Source: Raillietiella orientalis
Lineage: Eukaryota
Direction of reading: 5' to 3'
Length of the DNA: 64,000 nt
NCBI GenBank assembly: GCA_036172245.1
Contig: JAYWIR010000025.1
Location: 2,170,001-2,234,000, forward strand
The position numbers were made by a program, and so were the translations under genes. The notes beneath the pieces are model-generated. The model worked only from the letters and a program-made list of their open reading frames with translations. It ran no database searches and had not been told where the DNA came from. Position 1 is the stretch's first letter; each line of letters starts with the position of its first letter. Below are positions 12,850-24,171 of the stretch, piece after piece.

Positions 12850-13950
12850 TACGATGAAAAGCGTGCTTCAAGAAATTCAAAAGGATTCCTCTTGCCACAG
12901 AGTCAGGCGTAAAAGCATTTGGCTGACTTGTTAGCGCGATGTTGACGTCATCTTTCGAGAGCTTCACCACTGACACGAAAAAAAAAATCATCTGATTGAC
13001 TGAAAAAGTCCCGAATTTTCAGGTGCTCCCATAATGAAGGCAAGTGAACGCTTCATTCTTGACAAATGAAATTCAACCGCTCCGGTGGGAAGCACCGAGG
13101 GAAACAAACTGACAGCTTGCCGTCCCGAGGCACTGATAGACACCCTACATCAAGGATCTTCAAGATGCGCAGGTAGCGTGGGAAATTCCACCGACACTTG
13201 CGGCTTCTGCAGAAGAGCGCTGATGTCGATATGACTTTGGGCCCCTCCACCTCGAACCTATTCTCCTTAGTCGTCTTTCGCTCAGGATCGAAGGAGGAAG
13301 AGGCGTGAAAGCACCCATGGGTCGCTCGCATTCCTAGGACAATCAGAAATGAAGTATCAGAAACAAGGTGTGTCGTCCAGCGCTACTTGAGTACACAAGA
13401 ACTCTGACTGGATCTCGTTCGTGGTGCTCTTCAGAACAATACTCAATACTCGGATTTGTTGCTACAGTTTCGAGATGCGATCAGAGAGGTTCCACCAGAG
13501 ATGCTCTATGTGAGGTGTACTTAAATTGCTACCAGGAAGCAGAGAACAACTGGCTCCATTTCTGTGGACCAATCATGCTTGTCATAGCTCAGAATAAAGA
13601 GACCGTAGGATCTGCAACAGGATTACGTTTCGTTTGCGTACAGTTTCGATGACTGCTCGAAATGCCCCGCCAACAGGTCCAGCCTATTAAGCAGTCAGCT
13701 GGAGTACTGGATACAACGATCATCCTCAGCATCAATAGCTGCTCTTCCAAGAGCAGAAGCCTCCTTGATCGGATTAAGAATCTTTTTCGCTTCGTGTTGG
13801 CGTCGTGGCAGATTTCCTGGATCAAGACTTTTGGTGTTTTCCAGGAGCCGCTCCGAGAAGCAACCGCTGATGAAGAACACTTCGAATAGTCAACCTTGAC
13901 CCTGTCTCTCTTTGAGGCCTCTAGAGCTGACGTATTGCCTGCCTTCAAGC
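12850..13950 (-). mobile_element. Decayed R2-like retrotransposon fragment (RT end to pre-knuckle region)
   Basis: VDYSKCSS (N..KC.S), QFKYT (FKYLG) and KLSKDDVNIALTSQPNAFTPDSVARG (AL..R.N..PT....RG); very degenerate. Confidence 0.35.
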
Positions 13951-14559
13951 TTGTCAGGATATGTTCCACAAAAAGAATATAGGACCTGACAGCCTGCTAT
14001 CTAGAGGACAATGGTCAAATTAAGCAAAATGCAAGACTTGGTGAGGTTTCAAGCAAATGACTGCTTTTTTTTTTAAAAAAAAAAAAAAAAAAAACGTTTG
14101 TTGAATGCCGCTTCTCAGAAGAGCATGATTTCCAATGAGTATTTTTCTCAAGGGTAGTATGAAAGGGTTGAAAGTGCTAAACATACTCTTTTGCATTCGT
14201 TCAACAACGAACAGCTACTCAAATTGAAGTGAAAAAGCTGAGTGCTGTCAGTCATGAGGAACCGCAGTTTCTCTGAACGGCTTCTCTGAACCCAGAGAAG
14301 TGAAGAGCGAGATAGAATGATTCCATGCTGGATGAGAGTAAAGAGAATCTTGAGAGAAAAGAGTTCAAGAAGACAGTAGCTGTTTCAGAGACATCAGTTC
14401 AGTCAGTTCAAGAAAGGGAGATTGCTCCAGTTCAGAGAGATTATTAACTTTAAAATCAAACTATGAATGTCGTAATTGTTAACGAAAACGAACCTCAAGA
14501 CAGATACCCGCGATCCTCCGGATCTATCTAATTTCATTTTAGTGGTTTGTTTTTAAGCG

Positions 14560-15500
14560 TTGGTTGGATGCAAAGCGAGACCTCATCTTTGATGAGAGTT
14601 CTTGAACATTCTTGCTCTCTTTCCTTTTCTCTGTAGTACAGTTTCCCACTGAAATCTGCACTCACTCAAAGCATGTTGGTTCCTTGGAGTCATTGCAGTG
14701 GTGCATTGCTACTTTCACGATAGGTCCATGACATTGATGAAAAGTGGTGCGAATCACTTTTCCTCATCGTGAGCTAAAGAAGAGCTTTGTTATTATAAAG
14801 TCAGCAGAAGCATTGCTAAAATTGCTCGAAAACTTCCAACTCCACATTCTGTTTGCTTTCCTCGGCCAAGAATCTTCATGACAAGTCGATCTCTGGTTTA
14901 GAAACAGACCTGTGTACAGCGCTTTCCCCCACAAAGTCCCCGTCTTCATCTACAGCTTCCAGCCATCTGAGAATAAGGTCTTGCGTTCTTTGTTCATAAA
15001 ATTCCCGAGATTTGCCAGAATCACACTTTCAGTCTTTCAAGAACCTCGGCATCAACTCTGAGCCTTCTCTCATAAAGAACACTCTTCTTTATGAGAGAAC
15101 TCTTCTTCTTCAACCACATTAGGGGTGTTCTGCTGGTGAACAGTAGGGTCCAGTAGATTCTCACGGTTTCTACGACTCTTAGACTAAGTGGCTTCTAGTT
15201 TTGAAAGAGAGAAGGATATCTTGACTTTCCTCTGTGATCTCATCAGCCTATGGGGTGGCAGTGCATATCAGAATTCCTCGTTGTCTTCTTCTCTACAATG
15301 TCGACTAGAATCACCCTCTGAATGTCTCTGTAAGTAGTTGATATCAATTTTCCTTTCCGAGGAATCAATCCCCTCCTCCTGGATCTTTCTGCCCAAGTGC
15401 TTAGCTGCTTGGAGCCAACTATGAACACAATTTCGAATATCTCAGCTGCTGGGTCATCGTGTCCACAATTCCTTTTGTGATTCCTTTCTGGCACAGTTCA
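14560..15500 (-). mobile_element. Two abutting decayed mariner transposase fragments
   Basis: Fragment A (15500->14925): GKLISTTYRDIQRVILVDIVEKKTTRNSD (GKVMATVFWD..GVILVD..EKG.TINS), HQQNTP (HQDNAP) and C-terminal KSREFYEQRTQDLILRWLEAVDEDGDFV. Fragment B (14900->14560): RKANRMW, GKVIRTTFHQCHGPIVKV and GLALHPTNA (LHHDNA). Confidence 0.6.
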
Positions 15501-16789
15501 CTTTCCTCCGGGTGATTGCATCACACTCTGCACATTGTCAGTCATCAATTTTGCAGCAGAACTTCTTGCGTGAGCCTCCTACGCCTTCCCTAACAAGCAT
15601 ACGCTTCTTCACAATCTTGCTTTGTCTTTATTGTTCCGCATACCTGGAAGAAAAATGCAACAGATACCACGGATGTGGAATGCCCTGGTGATCAAACAGC
15701 TTCTCCAAAAGTGGAAATCTTGAATTGAAACTTGTGCCTGAAAATCTTGGTGAACACGTGGGAGATTTACAAGAAAACTACATAGAAAGCACACAAACCG
15801 GTTTGATAACGTCTAACAGTCAACAAACTATTTCATCGAATAGACCTCTTCAAACTATAATATAACTCGGAAAGATTTCCGGCTTCTCAATATATAACAA
15901 GTTAAAGAATCTGAGATTTAATGTGCTTTCAACCTTTGATTTCGTTCACATAAACGTAATGTTGAAGGGACATCGCTGCCCTTTCAACATTAGGAGATGG
16001 CGAAAAGCAATGTCTTATACAGTGAACGCTGCTGATACAAAGTTTTACTTGAAACATGCTGAAGTACTGCACAAAAGGATAAAAAGTTTTCTCATTTGAA
16101 TGAACTCGAAAAATTTGCACGATTGAAAATATGCTGTTTATTTAAATAGTAAACTGGATTTTTAAGCTATCATATCAAAAGCAGTTCTATTAGCAGATAA
16201 AACAATCATCTATTTATCTAGGAAGCACAACCAAAAATTCAAACTATCAACGTAGATGAGATTCGGGGAAGAAAGGTCACTGTTTCTAGCTACAGTGAGA
16301 AAATAAGATAAATTAGAAAAGTACTCTCTTCTTCAAATGCTCATTTTCTTCAAAACTGCATGTATGCAATACAATTTGTTTTTATAGTTCTTTACAGTAA
16401 TGCCAATTTGGGTACTTAATTTCTTTTGAGAGAAGAATTAGATTGATTTACCGTGAACACCCCTGTGAATATACAGTTGTATCCTATCCTTCATGTTGTG
16501 TCCTGCTCATGTGCTCATAGCTCGAAAAGTCGAACTTTTGGATTGAGCATATTGCACTCATCTAAAACCAATTTCACTTGACGAAAAAAGATGTCTGTTG
16601 ATCATTGTAGTTTCCCAACCGAATAGGATTCTTCGATTTGATTCTCAAATTGATAAATCGATCAATTTTCTTGCTGCTAACATTTTTAACAAGCATTTTT
16701 TTGTATTGTATCATAAATAACGAATGCCTATTTCATTATGATGCTTTTATAAAATTTGATAGCAGAACAAGAATAAAAATGTTTAAAGA

Positions 16790-17240
16790 CTTTTATTTTT
16801 GTTCGACTTTTTCTGATATTTCTTAGTTGTTTTCCATCATTTGTGCATTCTCAGACATCTGAGGTTTGCTTTTGCTCCACTTTCTGGTCTTTGAACACAG
16901 GTCTTTTCAAAGGATCACGAGAATCCTATTTAGCTCCTATGTAATTCTGGTACAGTGTGATTCCATCGCGCACATGCCAATGTAGAACTTTCTGCATTGG
17001 TTGCACAGATCATGAAGCAAAGAACTTCCTGAAGCAAAAAGTTGGTTTTGCCCCAATTCGCATGTTTTACTTATTAGGTTATCGTTTCCCCAAGAAATCG
17101 TCGGGATATACCTATTTGGTCTATGAAAGCGATCTTAAGGGACTGATGATGCAGAACACTCTGAAGTCTCGACAAAAGTCTCGAATTCCACTTCAAGTTG
17201 TAGCTCTCACCGCGCCTGGGCTCCCGAAGGAATCGTAGGG
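16790..17240 (-). other. Possible terminal exons of an unidentified gene
   Basis: Protein-like segments (SYNLKWNSRLLSRLQSVLHHQSLKIAFIDQI; SSLLHDLCNQCRKFY; DSRDPLKRPVFKDQKVEQSKPQ...KSL*) separated by short GT/AG-like gaps. I could not close a fully phase-consistent model. Confidence 0.2.
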
Positions 17241-20200
17241 AAACGACGCGTGAATCTGGCTCATGGACCATTTCGGAGCAATGCAAAGGGTATAAACGCT
17301 AATTCTTTTGTCAGGAATACGAGCCCTAGCCCCCAGATTTTTTGGGAAAAGAAAAATTCCCGTCTACGTATTCGAAGTGTGTTTCTTATTTTTAGCTGGA
17401 AATGGATGCTCATTTTGCCGTGGCGTGACGACTGAACTCCCTGATTCTTAAGCCTTCGCGTACCCTCGGCGAAATGCCATGTGGGCACTTTTGGTGAAAG
17501 ACTTGTAAAAAAAGGAAAAAAAAGGGGGGGGAAAAAAAAAAGAAAAAAAAATCTTCCGTGTACGAAGGAAATGATTTCTGGTGAAAATGTAGCAGAAACC
17601 TACTTCGCCATCCTTGAGTGCAGCGTAAGGTATTTTTTAAACATGGAGAGGGTAGTTGTGCCTTGCCGAGCTCACCTTTCCAGACAGGCAGCTCTGGCAA
17701 AGAGGAAATCTGTGAAACCATTTTTTGAGTACCGAAATTATGAGACAATTCGCATCGGGGAAGCTCAGTCTAACGAATTTATTTAAACCATTCGTATTTA
17801 TCGGTATAAAATTGCAAAAAATCTTCATCGTTGCCGTGGGTTTGCATGAAAATTTTGTCAGCATCTTGATGCCTACTTAAATTATTAAGTTAAGCTTTGA
17901 AAGAATGCTAAAGTTTTTCCCGAGTAGTTCAGACTATTTCAAAGATTGCATATGAAAAAAGAGCCTTTTTTTATGAGAAACATTTGAAAAATGCAGTGCG
18001 TCAATCTTTTTTATTTAGTAGTGGAATTAGGATTTAATTCCAGATAAACATAATGTTTCGTATATTTTAGATGTTTGCATTACGGTTGTCCACGCTTATG
18101 TAAAATGCTGCTAGATTCTTGATGAAAAGTCTCATATTTTACTTAGCAATGAATAAATACTAGAAAGAATATATTTGAAAATATCAGTTATTTAGTGCAA
18201 GTTAATCAGATATTCAAAAGCCTTTGAATGTCTGCATTTTAGACATTTTATTATTGTTAAGTTACATATTTTGCAAGTCTACATTTTAAGTGTACTTTGA
18301 TGTTATTGTGTATTTGGATAAACAGTTAGATACCAGCACAATTTCCTTGATTGAATGCTACGTTTGCTGTAGAGGTGACCATTGTTCCCTTTAAAGCCTG
18401 TTTCTTTTTTAAATTCCATCTTTCTATGCTATTAATTTATGCTCTTCTCATAGCAATGTCTTTTGCACTTAATATTTGGAAGTAAACTTGCCGTTGCTGT
18501 AAATGCCCAAAACACATGAACTTCAAAAAACTTATGAAAACTAAATTGATGAATCAAAATAATGCTATTACTAAAACAGCCTGTAAATTACTAGGGGACT
18601 CCAGATCTCAACAAATATTAAATTTTAATTTTCGTGATTTCCTTATATTTCAGCATCTGAAGCCTAAGAACTCTTCATTTTATTTTCTTCTGTTGATTTT
18701 TCTCCAAAGAAAATTTCTTGTCTTTAGATTATATGAGAAGAAAACATATTTGCTAATAATATTTTGAAATCTTTGGGAATTAAAAACTTTCATGCATATA
18801 TGTATATTAATATTTTCTTAATTCCATTCCACATTTGTTTGATATTTACAAAAAGATTTTGTTGCATTAAATGGGAAGGGTATTGAATCTTCAGGACTAT
18901 CTGGAATTGTCTCTTTCTCAAGAAGGTGATTCACAGTATTCCTTTTAAGTACTCTTCCATGTTTTGAAGTCATGTTTCATAATTTCATCCTCCTTTTGTA
19001 TTGCTGAAAATAGGTAATTGCTTAGGTGTTTTTTGAAAATTGCTAGTTCACTTCAAAACTGTTGTTAAAATAGTTTCTCAAAAGCTATCAGTTATCTTTG
19101 GTGTAATGGAAATTTGAGAGTAACAACAGACCAAAGAAACTGTTTGGTTTTCAGTCAGTTATTTTTGTTCACATTTTGTTTGATATGTGCATGCACAACA
19201 AACTTGTCTTTTGGTTTCAAAACCATGGCACCATTACTCAATGAATTCAAGCTTTATTAGTGCTTCCAGTGCAGTTATGAGATTTTTTTCGGTCAGAGAT
19301 TGGTTGGCAGTGGTGGAGAGTTGGTTTTGATGTTTATTATTGCAAAAGGCGAAATTCAAAAACTTGCATCCCTCATGCCGACTTTGGTATGCAGTAAATA
19401 TTTGTATGCCTTGAATGAATCCTCATCCCAATTTCTATCTCAAAAACAAACGTTTGCTTCCGGTGGAGAATTTCGATACTTACATAACAGTACATATTTA
19501 TTTGAATGGGTCAGAATTATCCAAGGGGCAGTGCCGGCAAGACACTTGTCCAAGCAAAATGACTGCTGATGGTTTTCAGCCTCGTGAATCGCTATTTCGT
19601 TTCTCACGTTTGCTGCTGCATCCACAGTTCCTTTGCCCCGGTTAATCGGGGTGTTCTATCAATTAGTTGCCTCAGGCTGTTTGACTGATGGGATCAGGTG
19701 TTCGTTAATTTTACCAAAAACCTCTGGACAGCCGGAGGTCTGTTCCTCCCGTGCGAACCATTGCCTACCGAATTCCCACGTTTCTATTTCGTTTTACCCC
19801 TTTAAAGCTTTGAAGAATCCGTGGGTTGCCTTTGTCGTAAACACGTGGCATTCTCAACACAGCCCGACTTTCTGAACATCAACGAGAACCGATACACGTC
19901 CGTGTGAGACGAATGCTCAGTTCTCTTGTTTATACATCAAACGAGAACGTTTTGGAATGACTGCCTGCAACTGTGACGTCATTAGACATTTTGATATCAT
20001 GGTGTTTCAACATTAACGAGCTCAAGTCCTTTGGTTCCATGTGATTGAAGCTATGTAGGTTTGAATGTGTTTTTTTTTTTTTCTTCTATGCATATGCTCA
20101 TGTATATGTATGTTTTCCTGAGAAAAGGTCCGCATAAAGATCGTAATGTTTTCCGTAGAAATAATAATACGTTTTGATACAATTTGGGTATAAGGAATTT

Positions 20201-22185
20201 TCAGGAGGCTGGGAAAACTGAAACCAACTTTCTTTTAGTTCATTTACCGATGCTGCGAAAAAGCTCAATTTTCTTGGCGGCAACATCCCGGAAGCTATGA
20301 AAGATGCATTGAGTTCAAGTATTCTTCACAAAATATCCAGGATGGAGACTGCAGGAAGCAAAAATTTTTTGTTTAATCTGCCCTCGAGGTAAATTAATAA
20401 CTTTTTCTTTCACGAGGGTAAGTAATTTCATTAAACTTCGAGTGTTTTTCCGAGAACCACTGGGGTAGTCACACTAATGGTTATTTTTATTTGGTCACAC
20501 GTGGTTCTTTTGGTCAGATAGTGTAACCTAGTTGTTTACGTCTTCTGCAGATCACCTGTCTTCGAATTTGACGGTTTTTGAAACAAATAATTTAAAAAGT
20601 AAAGTTAGGGGAATTCGTGAGCTCAAAAACACCCAGGTCGCTGGAAACAAACAACCGAACATGCATATGGTTTGGTTTTGTTCAGAGCCGGAGATCCACG
20701 AGGTATGCTCTAGTAGAAATTCATAAATATCCATTCTACGAAATCCACAAGAACGGAGTTAGAATGTGGTGATCTGTGTTAAAAATTGAAAAGCAGGAGC
20801 AGGGAGTAACTTCTGAAGTGATCACTCTAGAGAGTGGTCTTTCGGGTGGTTTTTTCGTGTTCCTTTACATTATGAACAGTTATTTGATGTTAAACTGAGG
20901 GATCTCGATACATCTTCCATTGCTTAATACAGAGTTGCAGGTTTCTTCTCAGTACCTTGAATGGGTCTCTCAGCTTTATACCAACTATTAGAAGCACTGC
21001 CCAGAGCTTGTTCAGCTGTAAGATATTTATTACTGAGCAAACCAATGTGGATTGTTCATGTAGAATAAAATGGATGCAACACGAATGAGGTAACTTGTAA
21101 TTTAAGGAGCATCAAAATGATCCACCTAAGTAGCAGAAACCTGAAACAGATCATCGATAAAAATGAAGTGTTCGCATCTGTCAATGGTATTTGTCGCGAA
21201 CACTATCGTGAGTTCATCTTTTAACGAGTTAATTCAATTCCTGGAGAGTTAGAGGAAACACGAATTCGGGGATCTACCTTTCTTGGACTCTGCATACATA
21301 TGAAGTTGGGTGGAATTTTTGAAAATGGGGTATATCATTGTAGCAGGAGAAACGACTTTTTTCCTTGCTGTCTTCCTTCCAAAAAGCTGTTCTGTAGAGC
21401 TTCTCGGCGGATTGCCGTTCAATTTTGAAATGCGAAATTTTCCGAGTCTTAAAGTATTTTCACGAGTCTTGAAAGGATGTGGTAAAGTGGGGAAGCGATC
21501 TCTATTTCTTTCGAAACTGCGCGGCAACGTTAGTTATTATTCTGCAACTTTTCTGTTACCAGGGAGTGTTCGCACCCTGGTCCATGCATGGACCGGAGTT
21601 TGAAACCAGATCCCAGAGAGTGGAACCAGAGTTTCCCACGTGTGATGGGAAAGTCTGACCATTTCCACCACCGCGTTTCCCTCGTTCCGAATCCAACGGT
21701 TTTTTGATTTTTCTTCTTCTTCTTCCCCTTGGACGCGACCCACTCAGCTGACACCTTCTGCCACTATTCACTGTTCGGTTTGCGACCTCAGTCAAGTGGC
21801 CATGACGAGCGGATCAAACCATGAAATGCAAACGGAGAAGAAGAGCTCACTGTCAAACCGTGCTAACCGAACGAGAAGAGGAAGTATGTCTGATCAGCGC
21901 AATGGCTTGAAATCGGAAACTTATCTTAAACGAAAAGGAAATCGCACTTTCGTTTCTGGAAACTTCTGCATGTCCTGTTGTTCCGCATTTTCGAAGACGT
22001 GCTACCACTCAAACTTGAAATTAAAGCAACACGTCAGCGTCAAATCATCCTCATACATCTCGTTCCGCGGAACTGATTCGCATGAAATCTGGATTCCACC
22101 AGGTTTATTCCCCAGGCATCGGATTTATCCCGATCTACCAGCTCGTATCACGTATCTGGATTCTCCAGATGAAATTCTTCGCAGT

Positions 22186-22400
22186 TGTTTTTACACCCGG
22201 GTGCGCCGGGGCGTTTATTTTTTAGTAAAAACAAACAAGCAAGTGTAGGGCTATTGCCCCTACAGCGTCCTAGAAAAAAAAAAAAAAAAAAAAAGTTGTT
22301 GGAGTGCTCCTCTCGTCTCCGTAGTAATGGAATGTAATTCAGTCGAAATCCAGGAAGGGCATTTGTGATTTTTGGCTTTCCTTTGGGCCAATTCAGACCG
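22186..22400 (-). mobile_element. Isolated 3' end of the Tx1-like LINE family (T-rich UTR, AATAAA, hairpin, short A tail)
   Basis: Minus strand: T-rich tract, then AATAAA-CGCCCCGGCGCACCCGGGTGT-AAAAA; same terminal motif as 2280-2307 and 63531-63556. Confidence 0.5.
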
Positions 22401-23574
22401 TTGCCGCGACTATTCATAGCTTCCTTGTACGTGTACGTGTTCACGTACAATGATACGTATGCATTTATTCGCGGGTTGTCGGAATCACGTTCCTACTGTA
22501 TTTCTCACGTATGGTGGGCGTTTTCTTTTTGTGACGGAGGCACGTCTTACAGGAAATTCGTGTGTTTTCCATGCTATAAGTATGAGTTCCAAGACCCACT
22601 CCCCAATGACGGATAGTTTCTTATTCATTCCTTACGGTTTATCGAAACGATATAAACCAACGTGCAAGAAGAGAAGTACAAAAAGAGATGCATTCAGCGT
22701 TTGTTGGATTCTAAATGGAAAGCATCCTCTAACCTTCTGTGGATTTCTCCAAAAGTACGTTCCACGGTTATTACCGGTCGACTTCACATTCCATGCACAC
22801 TTTTCTCGAGATAAAATCCAGCGTCGTTATTCGTGAGTTTCACTTGGCGGGAGGAATGAGGGCAAGATGCTGGACTGCTCAGATACAGAGTTTTCGTCTT
22901 TTCCGGATGCCCCGCATGGCATTATCGCGCGAGTAGCTCCTACGCAGACGTGTCTTCTCTTAGGGAGGCTGGTGGAGCTGGACCTCTCGCTTTTCTCCAG
23001 CTCCTTTCGCTGCTAACTCTAAAGCATTCGTGATGCGTAGAGCAAGGCTTTCTGTTTCATACGTCGGAGACGGGGGAAAAAAATATATTCAGTTTGTGGT
23101 AAAGTGGAAGTGGTTTTCTATGGAATTAAATTCCGTGGTTTGCTGGCACTTTTTCGTTCGAAGGATCTCATAGGGTCGTTGCTTTGCAGCCATTGATTCT
23201 TTATCCTTTTATTGCTCTTGTAAATGTTGCTTTAATATGCTTCTTCGCCAAATTCCTCTTCCATCTTTTGTGTGTATGTGTGTTTTTTTTTTTTTTTTTT
23301 TCGAAATGCAGGCACCCTATGAGATTGAAGGCATGGAGGGAGTGATTTTGCATTTTTTCGATTTCAGCACGTTGTTTTTCCACCATTTTGGATCCTTTTA
23401 AGCTGTGATTATCGTGAACGTTTTAAAAGTTAGCTTTAACCAATTTCAGTGTTCCTTCGTCAAAGGACTTCTCGTGTTTCTGTGATTTCGTAATGTCAAA
23501 TGCAGACCGGGGAGAGGATACGCAAGAAATCGACACCTTCGTTCCTGCACACATAATAATTTGCTTCATCGCAG

Positions 23575-24171
23575 AAAGTGGACTTATTGAGAATTTTAAT
23601 GAGGAGATAATACATTTCTGCGTCACTCTTCGCCAGAGTGCAACCGAGGTGGGGCAAGGAGGATACGTTTCAAAGCGATCTAATTTATGGATTCTTACCC
23701 TCCAGCACGCAGACTTAGCGAGTTGGTTGAGTGAACAGCTGACCCATTGGTACGGCTGCATTACGCGCTATCTGAGTCACTGCATGCAGCTCACCCAGCA
23801 AGAATTAGCCGTGATCTGCGAAATTGTACGATCCGCGCGGAGTCATTTCTTTGCACGTGCCGAGGTGCTTGCAGGCTTTGCACGCGCAGCAGCCAGCTTG
23901 GTGCGAGGGTCCAGCAAAGATGGGTCGTGACGTCATGCAGCTGCTCAGTCAGCTGCAACTGAAGGATCTGATTCCGGATCTGCTCGCCGCAGAACACAGC
24001 TCGGATGTCCAGCCCCAAGTGTTCTTGCGGGACGGCACGATTCTGGTCCGTCCGCCACTGTGCCCCTGCAGGTACAGCCAGGCCACTGCCCGAAACTTGT
24101 GCTCGGCCTATCGCGAGCATCCGGAAGATTTGAACGCTCTTAAGAAAATAATCCGCCAGTTCCGACTTAAG
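23575..24171 (+). CDS. Internal exons of an unidentified, probably alpha-helical protein gene with mini-introns
   Basis: Model: exon 23575-23648 | intron 23649-23705 (57 nt, GT..ctaat..cctccAG) | exon 23706-23825 | intron 23826-23874 (49 nt, GTACGA..ttgcAG) | exon(s) 23875-24171 ending AG|GTAAC. Phase-consistent translation: SGLIENFNEEIIHFCVTLRQSATE-HADLASWLSEQLTHWYGCITRYLSHCMQLTQQELAVICEI-ALHAQQPAWCEGPAKMGRDVMQLLSQLQLKDLIPDLLAAE...ARNLCSAYREHPEDLNALKKIIRQFRLK. Further candidate exons at ~24709-24772, 24822-24913 and 25575-25720. Confidence 0.45.

Noticed and set aside
13867..13895. CTGATGA...CGAA resembling a hammerhead ribozyme core
   Set aside because: Core ends GAAT rather than GAAA, and no stem I pairing is found.
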